Shown: positions 9,800-18,279, numbered from the stretch's first letter. The stretch is DNA of 64,000 nucleotides from an uncultured Opitutaceae bacterium (GCA_964573305.1 CAZNJG010000024.1:81-64080), one strand, 5' to 3'. A program made the numbers and translations. The notes: a model not told the origin generated them from the sequence alone.

Positions 9800-12265
9800 C
9801 TACTTCGCTGCCGGCTCCGCGGTTTTTGATTCTGCACTCACGAGTTCTACCGCCGCTCCCTCAAGGCCCTCCGACTTCGCGCGAAGCACGATCGGCCCGG
9901 GCGTGTGCGTCGTCTGCACGATCACCTGCGCGAGTCCGTTGAAAAGTTTCCGCTCGCTCGCCTTGTCCGCTTCGTGCGAGCCGGGATCGCCATTGCCCAC
10001 GCCGATGATTTTTCCGCCGGTGATTTCAAACGTCACGAGATTGTCCGCGACCGGCACCGCGCGTCCTTGCGCATCGACGACGGAGACATCGATCACGGCG
10101 ACGTCATGATTGTCCGCAACCAGCTGCGTGCGATGCGCGGTGAGCATGAGCGTCGCCGGTGCACCCGTGGTTTCGACGCGTTTGGTTTCCACCACTTTGC
10201 CGCCGCGATAACCGCGGGCTTCCAGCACGCCGGGCGTGTACGCGACTTTCCACGCGAGATGGCCGTTGCGCGGCATGTCCTGTTTGCCGAGCGAGCGTCC
10301 GTTCAAGAACAGCTCGACTGCCTCGTGATTGCTGTGTGCGCGCACCTCGATCTCCTGCCCCTCGCGGCCCGGCCAGTTCCAGTGCGGGAAAATATGCAGC
10401 ACCGGTTCATCGCTCCACCAGGCTTTCAGATAATAAAAACTGTCCTTCGGAAACCCGCAGGTATCGAGAATGCCGAACTGCGAGCTCACCGCGGGCCACG
10501 CGAGCGGATTGGGTTCTCCGCGATAATCAAAACCCGTCCAATAAATCACGCCCGCGAGGTAGGGGCGCGCCGCGTAGTGTTTCCAACCGGTTTCCACATT
10601 TCCGCCCGAGGTTCCGTCTTCAAGCGGCGCGAGATGGCCGCGTTCGCGATCGTCGAAATAAATCCCACGCGTGGCCTGCGTGGTCGTTTCCTCCGTGCCG
10701 AGGATGACCTGCCACGGATACTCCGCGTGCTGTTTGTCGGTGTCGCCGTGCTTGATGTAGTTCACGCCCATCACTTCGACGACTTTCGAAATGCCGCCCC
10801 AGCCGCCGCTGATCGCGACCGTCATCATGCGCGTCGGATCGATCCGCTTCGCGAAGGCCTGCATGGTCGTCGTGATGCGTTCGCCAAACACATTGCCTTC
10901 GATCGCCCACTCCTCGTTGCCGAGCGACCAGAGGATCACACTCGGGTGATTGCGATCGCGCCGGATCATGCGCTCCACCGCGTCGAGATGCAGCGGATTC
11001 GATCCCATCAAACGCGTTTCATCGATCACGAGCATCCCGAGCCGGTCGCAGGCATCGAGCAGTTCCCGGGTCATGGGATTGTGCGAGGCGCGATACACAT
11101 TCGAGCCCATGTCCTTCAAGCGTTGGATGCGGAAATCCTGCAACGCATCCGGAATCGCCGCGCCCACGCCCGCGTGATCCTGGTGATTGTTCGTGCCCTT
11201 CAACTTCACGTGTTTCCCGTTCAGAAAAAATCCTTCGTCCGGATCGAAGCGAATCGTGCGAATGCCGAAGCGCGTCTCCGTCCGGTCGATCGCAACACCG
11301 CCCGCGTTCACCTCCGCCACGAGCGTGTACAAGATCGGCGTCTCCAGCGACCAGAGCCGCGGCGCCGTCACGGTCAGCGTCGCGCCGAGCTCCGCGGTCT
11401 CACCCGCCGCCAGCGTGCGCGCCGCCGTCGTGGATTCGGCCACGTTCTTCCCGTCGGCATCGATCACGCGATAGTTCACCGATACTTCCGCCGCATCCGC
11501 CTTCCGCAGCGCATGCGTCACTTCCGAACGCACGATCACCTGCGTCGCGCCCGCGGCATCGATTTCGGTCACGATCGCCGTGCCGTCCGCGACGAGGTGT
11601 ATCGGCGCGGTTTTTTCCAGCCACACATGCCGGTAGATGCCCGCGCCTTCGTAGAACCAGCCCTCCTCCATCGTCGCGTCCACGCGCACCGCGATCACGT
11701 TTTCCCCGCCATAATTCAGGTAGTCGGAAACGTCATATCGAAAATTCAAATACCCGCTCGGCTCCTCGCCGAGATAGAAGCCGTTGACCCACACGCGCGA
11801 CGCGCGAAACACGCCGTCGAACGCCACGCTGATCCGCCGCCCGAGATCCTCCGCGGGGATGCGAAAGGTCTTTCGATACCAGCCGACATTCACGTCGGGA
11901 AATCCCGGCCCCACCGCGCGGTAGCCGTGGCTGTGCGAGCCGTTCGCCGCGAACGGCATCTCCACCGCCCAGTCGTGCGGCAGATCGAGCATGCGCCACG
12001 CCGAGTCGTCGAACTTCCCCACCGGCGCCGCCGGCCCGTCGCCGAAACCGGTCTTCGTGATGTAGGAAAAATACCCCGTCGCGTGCCCGTGGTCTTTTTT
12101 CGTGTCGCTCGGATGCCCGAAGGCAAAGCGCCAGTCATCGTTCCAGCGGATGCGCTCGCGCCCGGCCGCCGGCTGCGCGACCGCTGCCGACGACGAGGTG
12201 CAAACACCCAGCGCGCAAAAGAACACGCTCAAAAAACGAAACGAAACGAACGGAGCCAGATTCAT
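9800..12265 (-). CDS. Glycoside hydrolase family 2 (beta-galactosidase/beta-glucuronidase-like), secreted
   Basis: Signal peptide MNLAPFVSFRFLSVFFCALGVCTSSSAAVA. The GH2 acid/base region is RDRNHPSVILWSLGNEE, and there are WTGFDYRGEP and sugar-binding N-terminal motifs. The start at 12265 was chosen over the 12652 ORF extension. Confidence 0.85.
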   Translation of the reverse strand: MNLAPFVSFRFLSVFFCALGVCTSSSAAVAQPAAGRERIRWNDDWRFAFGHPSDTKKDHGHATGYFSYITKTGFGDGPAAPVGKFDDSAWRMLDLPHDWAVEMPFAANGSHSHGYRAVGPGFPDVNVGWYRKTFRIPAEDLGRRISVAFDGVFRASRVWVNGFYLGEEPSGYLNFRYDVSDYLNYGGENVIAVRVDATMEEGWFYEGAGIYRHVWLEKTAPIHLVADGTAIVTEIDAAGATQVIVRSEVTHALRKADAAEVSVNYRVIDADGKNVAESTTAARTLAAGETAELGATLTVTAPRLWSLETPILYTLVAEVNAGGVAIDRTETRFGIRTIRFDPDEGFFLNGKHVKLKGTNNHQDHAGVGAAIPDALQDFRIQRLKDMGSNVYRASHNPMTRELLDACDRLGMLVIDETRLMGSNPLHLDAVERMIRRDRNHPSVILWSLGNEEWAIEGNVFGERITTTMQAFAKRIDPTRMMTVAISGGWGGISKVVEVMGVNYIKHGDTDKQHAEYPWQVILGTEETTTQATRGIYFDDRERGHLAPLEDGTSGGNVETGWKHYAARPYLAGVIYWTGFDYRGEPNPLAWPAVSSQFGILDTCGFPKDSFYYLKAWWSDEPVLHIFPHWNWPGREGQEIEVRAHSNHEAVELFLNGRSLGKQDMPRNGHLAWKVAYTPGVLEARGYRGGKVVETKRVETTGAPATLMLTAHRTQLVADNHDVAVIDVSVVDAQGRAVPVADNLVTFEITGGKIIGVGNGDPGSHEADKASERKLFNGLAQVIVQTTHTPGPIVLRAKSEGLEGAAVELVSAESKTAEPAAK

Positions 12266-12508
12266 GGAATCACAGGGTCGGGGGAACGGGGAAACGGAAC
12301 GGGCAACGCGGAAAGAAAAGACGCAAGCCGGGTGTGAAGGAAAGCGATTTAACACTAAATCTGCCATTCCACGCCGCGCATCACGATTCGGGAAGTTTCT
12401 CCACCCCGGAGATGAGACGCCTGCCGATGGAGGCGCGACGCCCCCGTCGCGCATTTGCTCCCATCGCCTGACAACGTCTCTCGTCGCGCATGACGGGGAC
12501 GCATTCCC

Positions 12509-12570
12509 TCCTGTTAATCCTCCAAATCCTGTCCGGAAAATGAGACAGGATTCACAGGATTTACAGGATG
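12509..12570. repeat. Nested imperfect palindrome containing the CCTGTTAATCC / AATCCTGTC repeat motif
   Basis: Sequence cctgttaatcc tcc aaatcctgtc cggaaaatga gacaggatt cac aggatttacagg. The inner arm aatcctgtc/gacaggatt is perfect. The outer arm cctgttaatcc/ggatttacagg has one mismatch. Confidence 0.7.
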
Positions 12571-12779
12571 CGCGGAAGCGAGGGGGCGGCTTCCCGAAGA
12601 GCTGACGGAGACGTCGGGCGTTCCCAAGCCAAGCGCGGACGATGCGGAGCAACGTCCCTACCTCGGAGGCCGACGGATGTCCTTGGGCGTTCCACGGCGG
12701 TGTGATGCGCCGAACACGTTTCGCGCTGCATCCGGGCTTGCGAGGGCGGCACAGGATTCGCGTAATCGCCCGCTCGACC

Positions 12780-12855
12780 GTCCCCGTAGCTCAACTGGAT
12801 AGAGCAGCGGTTTCCTAAACCGCGTATCCCGGTTCAAGTCCGGGCGGGGGCACCA
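12780..12855 (+). tRNA. tRNA-Arg (anticodon CCU)
   Basis: Hand-folded cloverleaf of 76 nt. Acceptor GTCCCCG/CGGGGGC, D-arm GCTC-AACTGGATA-GAGC, anticodon arm GCGGT-TTCCTAA-ACCGC (U33, CCT, A37). T-arm CCCGG-TTCAAGT-CCGGG, discriminator A, and an encoded CCA. Confidence 0.9.
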
Positions 12856-12889
12856 GGTTCAAACGCCGCTCTCGCGTGGGTTTGTCGCG

Positions 12890-12955
12890 GGAACCAATTC
12901 TCGGCCAAAATAAGGGCGAATTGGTTCCAGGATTTTTATTTCGAGAATTGGTTCC
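12890..12955. repeat. Three copies of a GAATTGGTTCC motif (one inverted), forming a 14-bp inverted repeat
   Basis: ggaaccaattctcg (12890-12903) is the exact reverse complement of cgagaattggttcc (12942-12955). A third copy, cgaattggttcc, lies at 12917-12928. The array begins 35 nt after the tRNA CCA end. Confidence 0.8.
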
Positions 12956-13060
12956 AAACGCTCACGACACCTGGAAGCACTGGCTATCGTCGCTAAAATG
13001 ATTCCGCTTTTCTGGCTTCGGAATCCCCTACAGCGCCGCCTTCAAAACAGCGGTCAAAAA

Positions 13061-13249
13061 TCAGTCGTTTAATTTCTTCCAATCCCAATAGGCGCGGACG
13101 TCCAACGGGATTTTTTTCGGATTCAGAACATTCCGATTACCACGCTTCACCTGCGCCCGCATCCAGTTGAGATAAGGAATCGCAGCGGCACGACTTCGCC
13201 CCGCTTGGATCATTATCACCGGCTTCCCACTGCCGAGTGCAAAGTGCAA
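13061..13249 (-). CDS. Small hypothetical ORF (62 aa, TTG start), possibly a gene remnant
   Basis: The ORF lies 36 nt downstream of the PLD-family gene on the same strand, in low-G+C context. It has no recognisable motif, and the start codon is TTG (13249-13247). Confidence 0.3.
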   Translation of the reverse strand: MHFALGSGKPVIMIQAGRSRAAAIPYLNWMRAQVKRGNRNVLNPKKIPLDVRAYWDWKKLND

Positions 13250-13284
13250 AGCTTGAGGTTGCCCCGATTTGACGGACAGAGGGC

Positions 13285-14493
13285 TCAGCTTTCGCTATCT
13301 CTTTCGTAGCAGATGCAGTCGAGAAGAGCTACGCGGCCGTGCCAGAGATCAACGGTTTGCCCTCCGCTCGGGTTTGGCGACTTCCACCACGGTGAGCTTC
13401 GGATCGGCTCAACCACGGACTCCCAGTAGTTTTCCAATTTCGAAATTGTCCCCACCGACGTTCGAAGAACCCCAGCCAACCGGTTTTTGCTCTTTCCGTT
13501 CACGCAGACAAATTGGTCGGGACGCTTCATGGCCAAAATGCGGGTCATGATGCCCACGGCGACGCCCTTGTCTTTGGCCTCGCGGAAAAGCGCGATGTAC
13601 CGCTCGACGGCTTCCCGTGAAACCGGACCGGTGATTGGAATTTCATCGAGAGCTATCGAGATTTTTCCGGAGATGTCCTCGAAGACGCTGTTAAATTCGC
13701 CAGCGACGGTGTTGGAACCGAAGAGCTGCCAGTCAACGAGGCCCTCCTTTGGCGCCAAACCGGCTACCCGCTTCTGCTCCCACAGTGAAAACTGAGAAAA
13801 GTGTCCTTTGGACGCGAAGTACTGACGAAAAATATTCAGGATTTGGACTCTGTCCTCGAACTTGAATGTGTAGGCGCTGCCGATCGCTCTCGAATAATTG
13901 TTCCAGTCCATGTCCAGCACCTCGGACAACTTGAAATCGATTTCTGGAGCGGGTAGCTGGTCATCTTCCCACGGAGCAATGTCCCGCATCGAATTTCGGC
14001 GGGCGTTCCGCTGGTCGATGTACTTTTCCATTTCCTCCTTCGTGAGCGGATCGAGCGGGTCGAAGTAGCTGTTGATGAGAGAATGCGTCTGCGCGTAAAC
14101 CTGCTCGGAGCCTTGGGTGTCGCTCGTGACAAAAAGCGATGCCTCGGAATTGAGCACAAAACCTCCGCGCGTGAAATTCGCGCTACCGACGATGACCGCC
14201 CAATCGGAGGGGGAATTCTCGAAGAGATAAACTTTGGGATGAAAAACTCCGGCGGTCCGGAAATTGAATCGGACATTTGGATGATCCATCCAGGCGCGCA
14301 TAAACTCCGGATCTGTCTGAAAGAAGTGCGTACCAATAACGGCCCTCTTCACCTTCGACTTGCTCCATGTCAGTTGATGACCGAGCTCAAACTGCTGCGT
14401 CGCCCACGCCACGGCAAAGCGCACCTGGCTGAATTTGCGCAGACACTCCCGGACCGTTTTGTCGTGCTCTTGCGCGGTGGTAAGAAGCTTCAT
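13285..14493 (-). CDS. PLD-superfamily (single HKD motif) nuclease-like protein with an uncharacterised ~220-aa C-terminal domain
   Basis: The HKD-type motif is GVFHPKVYLFENSPSDWAVIVGSANFTRGG (HxK...GSxN). A single copy implies a Nuc/BfiI-like dimer. The C-terminal half (DFKLSEVLDMDW...RILAMKRPDQFVCVN...WWKSPNP...LWHGRVALLDCICYE) has no motif I can name. Confidence 0.75.
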   Translation of the reverse strand: MKLLTTAQEHDKTVRECLRKFSQVRFAVAWATQQFELGHQLTWSKSKVKRAVIGTHFFQTDPEFMRAWMDHPNVRFNFRTAGVFHPKVYLFENSPSDWAVIVGSANFTRGGFVLNSEASLFVTSDTQGSEQVYAQTHSLINSYFDPLDPLTKEEMEKYIDQRNARRNSMRDIAPWEDDQLPAPEIDFKLSEVLDMDWNNYSRAIGSAYTFKFEDRVQILNIFRQYFASKGHFSQFSLWEQKRVAGLAPKEGLVDWQLFGSNTVAGEFNSVFEDISGKISIALDEIPITGPVSREAVERYIALFREAKDKGVAVGIMTRILAMKRPDQFVCVNGKSKNRLAGVLRTSVGTISKLENYWESVVEPIRSSPWWKSPNPSGGQTVDLWHGRVALLDCICYERDSES

Positions 14494-14497
14494 GGGA

Positions 14498-15013
14498 TCA
14501 GGCGGCGCACGGAATGCCGCACACGCGGGAGATTCTGTGTTCCTCAGCTACGAGAAGCTGGCACTGCCGGAGTTGATTGCGGGACATGGAGGCCGACGTC
14601 TTATGATTGCGCGCGTCGTCGATGTACTTGCCCGGACCGTTGTAGAGCACCTCGTAGCGGCCCGACTGGTCGAATTCGATGACTAGAAGTAGATCGAAGG
14701 TCCGTTTCACCAACCCGAGGCCGACACCTGCCGATTCACGCTTGGCCTTTTGCGTAGCCTTCACCTGTACCAAACGACCGTCGGCGGTTTTGAAATCGTG
14801 ATCCTTTTCCCCCACCCGCAGCTTCGATAAACCGAAATGCTGCTGCGCGATCGCTTCACCGATGTCCCCGATGAACTTTCCATCCATAGTGAAGGAGTGA
14901 TCGGGGAACGCTGCGCAAAGCTCGTTCTTGGCTGCGTAGATTTTCGCGAGCGCTTGGGGAATCGGATCAGGGGCAAAAAAGTAGGTGGTGGTCACGTGAG
15001 AAGGCATCGACAT
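14498..15013 (-). CDS. Small PD-(D/E)xK (Mrr-like) nuclease-fold protein, hypothetical
   Basis: The pattern GDIGEAIAQQHFG...EKDHDFKTADGRLVQVKAT matches the E...D...(Q/E)xK arrangement of Mrr-type restriction endonuclease cores. Its stop lies 4 nt before the PLD gene start. The start is ATG 15013 or 15007; the ORF track start at 15037 is an alternative. Confidence 0.6.
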   Translation of the reverse strand: MSMPSHVTTTYFFAPDPIPQALAKIYAAKNELCAAFPDHSFTMDGKFIGDIGEAIAQQHFGLSKLRVGEKDHDFKTADGRLVQVKATQKAKRESAGVGLGLVKRTFDLLLVIEFDQSGRYEVLYNGPGKYIDDARNHKTSASMSRNQLRQCQLLVAEEHRISRVCGIPCAA

Positions 15014-15090
15014 CCGGCATGAAAAATTTAGCGGCAATCAAAACCTAAACCGGCCTATCGGAAGTGGTTGCCGCAAAGCGAGCCAGCCCT

Positions 15091-15116
15091 CTCCTGTTGA
15101 TCCTGTTAATCCCGTC
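15091..15116. repeat. Copy of the CTCCTGTT(G/A)ATCCTGTTAATCC repeat family
   Basis: ctcctgttgatcctgttaatcccgtc. Related copies lie at 12506-12535 and 23031-23060. Confidence 0.7.
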
Positions 15117-15142
15117 TCGAATTTAGTGCGGTTTCAATTGAA

Positions 15143-15206
15143 CTGTAGCCGGATCGAGCTGTGTCCGGCGGGCCGCCGGACACCACACGCGGGCCGCGTG
15201 TGCTCC
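15143..15206. repeat. REP-like element with two consecutive GC-rich hairpins
   Basis: ctgtagccggatcgagct, then hairpins gtgtccggcg-ggc-cgccggacac and cacacgcg-ggc-cgcgtgtg. The core ccggatcgagctgtgtccggcggg resembles the reverse complement of 21178-21202 (ccggtcgaaccgtgtccggcggg). Confidence 0.65.
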
Positions 15207-15506
15207 CCGGAAACCCATCCCGGTGTGACAGTGGACTCACGTTCCATGGCGCAGATACAACGCTATGGGGTTAGTTAAACCGCCCTGAAATTGCACAGCC
15301 TGAGCGAGGCTCACTACTTCCGAATTCGTTCAGGCCCGTTTTCCAAGTTGGAAAAAATGACATGTCTCCGATCACGCCGGCTCGCGCCAGAGGTCATGAG
15401 CATGCCCGGCATAACCCGTTTTCCTTGGCGAGGCTTTCCCTTTCAGCCGCGGCGGTTGCTCCGCGCAACCGCTCTACGTCGCCACATTTCACGGAGAATC
15501 CGCGGC

Positions 15507-16121
15507 TCAGTCGATCAGCAAGGCGATCTGCACACCGGGGCCGTGGACGCCTTCGATCAGGATGCCTTCCACGTCGGCCGTTTTTGACGGGCCGGTGCAG
15601 AAGATGATGTTCGCATCCTTGCCGAGCGCGGCGATGGCGGCGGCCACATCGGGAAAGATCGTTTCGCGTCGCAACACCGCCGCATGCACCCAGGGCGTCA
15701 ACGCACCGAGGCGGCGCGAGGTCGTTGTATCGTCCAAAATGATCGATCCGGTTTCCGCAATCGCTCCGGCAGCGCGCGTGATGCCAAACGCATACTCGTC
15801 GACCTGCGCGCGATCGTAGTCGGTCGAAACGTTGAACTCCGGGCCAAAGGCCGGTGCGAGTTCGGCCCATAGCGCGGGATCGCAGTAGCCGCGCAGATGT
15901 CCTTTCTCGCGGAGCCACGCGGCGAGCGCGGAGGCGCCGACCATCGGCGTGCCGTTGACCAGCTTCTGGCGTTCGCTGAACGCCGTCCAGCGGTCGGCTT
16001 CGCGGTCGAAGGCGGGCATGGTGGCCGCGCTGTCATTGAATTCTGGATACGCGGCGCGTTTGGGCAGCGGCGCGAGGGCCGAGCGGACGCGGTTGAGAAT
16101 GGCTTCGCGGGAGGCGCTCAT
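15507..16121 (-). CDS. lutC: Lactate utilization protein C (LUD domain, LutC/YkgG)
   Basis: The protein MSASREAILNRVRSAL...IIFCTGPSKTADVEGILIEGVHGPGVQIALL is typical of the LutC family. Its ATG at 16121 overlaps the lutB stop (ATGA at 16118-16121). The 540-aa ORF extension is a high-GC artefact. Confidence 0.85.
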   Translation of the reverse strand: MSASREAILNRVRSALAPLPKRAAYPEFNDSAATMPAFDREADRWTAFSERQKLVNGTPMVGASALAAWLREKGHLRGYCDPALWAELAPAFGPEFNVSTDYDRAQVDEYAFGITRAAGAIAETGSIILDDTTTSRRLGALTPWVHAAVLRRETIFPDVAAAIAALGKDANIIFCTGPSKTADVEGILIEGVHGPGVQIALLID

Positions 16122-17509
16122 GATTTGTTGCGCTGTTTCATCCATTTGCGGAACTGACCGCCGCGCCACGGCGGCAGGCCACGGGTTTCGACCCAGGTCT
16201 TGGCGGCTTGCGGCAGCAACGGTGTGGGCACGGCATTGATGAGGCCGCCCATCGAGAGCGCGGCTTTCCACGCGGCGGGCTGCGTGGCGACGAGCGCATA
16301 CGCGCCCATCGGCGGCGTCGCGGCGGACGCGGCGGCGCTGCCTTCGCGTTTTCCTTTGTCGCGCAGGCGCAGCAGCAAGTCGGGAATGGGAATATCGACC
16401 GGACAGACTTCGTTGCAGGCGCCGCACAGCGTCGAGGCCTTCGGCAGGTCGGCCATCTCGGGGAATTTTTTTCCCGCGAGCAGTGGCGAGAGCACGGCGC
16501 CCACCGGACCGGGATAAACCGCGCGGTAAGCATGGCCGCTGGCCTGTCGATAAACGGGGCACACGTTCAGGCATGCACCGCAACGGATGCAGCGGAGGAT
16601 TTCGCGGCAATCGCTCTCGAGCACGTCGGTGCGTCCGTTGTCCACGAAGATCACGTGCATCTCCTCCGGGCCATCGGGTTGGGCATCGGTTCTCGGTCCG
16701 GTGATGAACTCGGTGTACGACGTGAGTTGCTGGCCGGTGCCAGAGCGGCCGAGAAGATTCAGCAACACCGCGAGGTCGCGGTCGCGCGCGACGATTTTTT
16801 CGATGCCGATGAGCGCGATGTGAACCTTGGTCGCGGCGAGGCAGAAGCGGGAGTTGCCTTCGTTGGTCACGAGGACCATGCGGCCGCTTTCGGCGGAGAG
16901 AAAATTCGCGCCGGTGAGGGCGACATCGGCCGCGAGGTATTTGTGGCGCAAATACTGGCGCGCGCGGCGGGTGATGGTGCCGGGATCGTCGTTGTATTCG
17001 CCGAGTCCATTTTTCTCGAACGACGTCGCGATCTCGCGGCGGTTCTTGTGGATGATCGGTTTGACGATGTGCGACGGGTGATCGTGATCGATCTGGACGA
17101 TGAATTCGCCGAGGTCGGTCTCGAGGCATTCCATGCCTTCCTTTTCGAGGAAGTGTGCGAGCTCGATCTCCTCGCTGACCATGGTCTTGGCCTTGACCAT
17201 CTTGGTGGCGCCGCGATCGCGCATGATTTTGAGCACGGCTTCGCAGGCCTCTTTCGCGTCGACGGCCCAGTGAACCTTGGCGCCGTTTTCCTGAAGCTTC
17301 GCTTCGACCTGCGGCAGGTACGTATCGAGATTTTCGATGGCGTGCTGCTTGATCTCGCCGGCGAGATGGCGGAGTTCGTCGGGCGCGGTGTAGTGCGTGA
17401 AAAGCGCCTTGAGGCGGCTGTCGTAGCCGGCCTTGGAACCATCGTAAACGGCGGCGCGTTTTTCGCGCGCGAGCCCGGCGGCAAACTGGTCGATTTGCTG
17501 GTATTTCAT
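16118..17509 (-). CDS. lutB: Lactate utilization iron-sulfur protein LutB/YkgF
   Basis: It has two 4Fe-4S ferredoxin motifs (CIRCGACLNVCPVY and CGACNEVCPVDI) and a DUF162/LUD-like N-terminal half. The start MKYQQIDQFAAGL at 17509 overlaps the lutA stop (ATGA). Confidence 0.88.
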   Translation of the reverse strand: MKYQQIDQFAAGLAREKRAAVYDGSKAGYDSRLKALFTHYTAPDELRHLAGEIKQHAIENLDTYLPQVEAKLQENGAKVHWAVDAKEACEAVLKIMRDRGATKMVKAKTMVSEEIELAHFLEKEGMECLETDLGEFIVQIDHDHPSHIVKPIIHKNRREIATSFEKNGLGEYNDDPGTITRRARQYLRHKYLAADVALTGANFLSAESGRMVLVTNEGNSRFCLAATKVHIALIGIEKIVARDRDLAVLLNLLGRSGTGQQLTSYTEFITGPRTDAQPDGPEEMHVIFVDNGRTDVLESDCREILRCIRCGACLNVCPVYRQASGHAYRAVYPGPVGAVLSPLLAGKKFPEMADLPKASTLCGACNEVCPVDIPIPDLLLRLRDKGKREGSAAASAATPPMGAYALVATQPAAWKAALSMGGLINAVPTPLLPQAAKTWVETRGLPPWRGGQFRKWMKQRNKS

Positions 17510-18279
17510 CGCGCGGGAGCGGGGGAATTTTTCAACGCGTCGCGCAGGATCTGCGCGATGTGGCGCGTCTTGACGGGGCGTCCGCCTTTGGCCGCGAGAC
17601 CGCCCATGTGCATGAGGCAGCTCATGTCGGCCGAAACGATTTCGTCGGGCTGCGTCGCGAGCACATGGTCGAGTTTCAGATTGCCCATCGCTTGGGAAAT
17701 CGTGGGAAACGCGACCGAGAAAGTGCCGCCGAAGCCGCAGCATTGTTCGCCTTCGCCGAAAGGCTCGACCTTCAAGCCCTCGATCGAGCCGAGCAGCGCG
17801 AGCGCGGCGGGACCGCTGGCGGTGCCGCGCGAGTGACACGAACGGTGAAAGGCCACCGTCGCTTCGTAGCGGCCGGGCCATGTCGTGATGCCAAGGCCAT
17901 TCACGATAAAATCGGCGAGCTCCCAGGTGCGGCTCGCGAGCTGCGCGACCTGCGGGAGATCGGGTTCTTTCTCAAATTCGAGCAGCGCGCCGTGAAACAT
18001 CATCGCCGCGCAAGAACCCGACGGCACCACCACCGGTTCTTCACCGGCGAAGGTCTTGACCGTGTGACGCACGACCTTGCGCGACGCGGCCCAATCGCCG
18101 CCGTTGAAAGCGGGCTGGCCGCAGCAGGTCTGCGCTTCGGGAAATGCGATCTCGCAACCCAGGTACTCCAGCACTTCGACGGTGGCCGCAGCGGCGTCGT
18201 CGAAGAACGCGTCGCACAGGCAGGTCGCCATGAGCTGCACACGTTTGCCATTCGGGCGGTGACGTTCGGGAGGGGACAT
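17506..18279 (-). CDS. lutA: Lactate utilization protein A (CCG-domain Fe-S oxidoreductase, LutA/YkgE)
   Basis: It has VQLMATCLCDAFF...CCGQPAFNGG and a second CCG motif (QCCGFGGTFS). It is first in the lutABC operon. Confidence 0.88.
   Translation of the reverse strand: MSPPERHRPNGKRVQLMATCLCDAFFDDAAAATVEVLEYLGCEIAFPEAQTCCGQPAFNGGDWAASRKVVRHTVKTFAGEEPVVVPSGSCAAMMFHGALLEFEKEPDLPQVAQLASRTWELADFIVNGLGITTWPGRYEATVAFHRSCHSRGTASGPAALALLGSIEGLKVEPFGEGEQCCGFGGTFSVAFPTISQAMGNLKLDHVLATQPDEIVSADMSCLMHMGGLAAKGGRPVKTRHIAQILRDALKNSPAPAR

Larger units (their letters stand above)
12856..15060. mobile_element. Putative horizontally acquired low-G+C islet inserted next to the tRNA-Arg 3' end (no integrase, no detectable att direct repeat)
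   Basis: Hand counts give 27/60 G+C for 13801-13860 and 27/60 for 14221-14280, versus 41/60 for 16201-16260. Codons in the islet ORFs are A/T-rich at third positions, unlike the flanking genes. Host-type REP motifs resume at 15091. Confidence 0.5.

Noticed and set aside
15038-15300. Right-end att direct repeat of the tRNA-Arg 3' end, and an integrase gene for the islet.
   Set aside because: I found no copy of the tRNA 3' segment (ttcaagtccgggcgggggcacca) downstream of the islet, and no recombinase-like ORF. The islet is therefore reported as a composition and context anomaly only, not as a defined integrative element.
15507-17129. Long N-terminal extensions of real genes in the ORF track. 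Examples are lutC as 540 aa, rhaB as 762 aa from 17560, HAD as 769 aa to 25384, GH2 as 950 aa to 12652, DUF2339 to 40981, and carbonic anhydrase to 48497.
   Set aside because: The extensions are Arg/Pro-rich, run antisense through neighbouring genes or through REP or terminator hairpins, and precede internal Met codons. Those internal starts give canonical N-termini, signal peptides or ATGA coupling.
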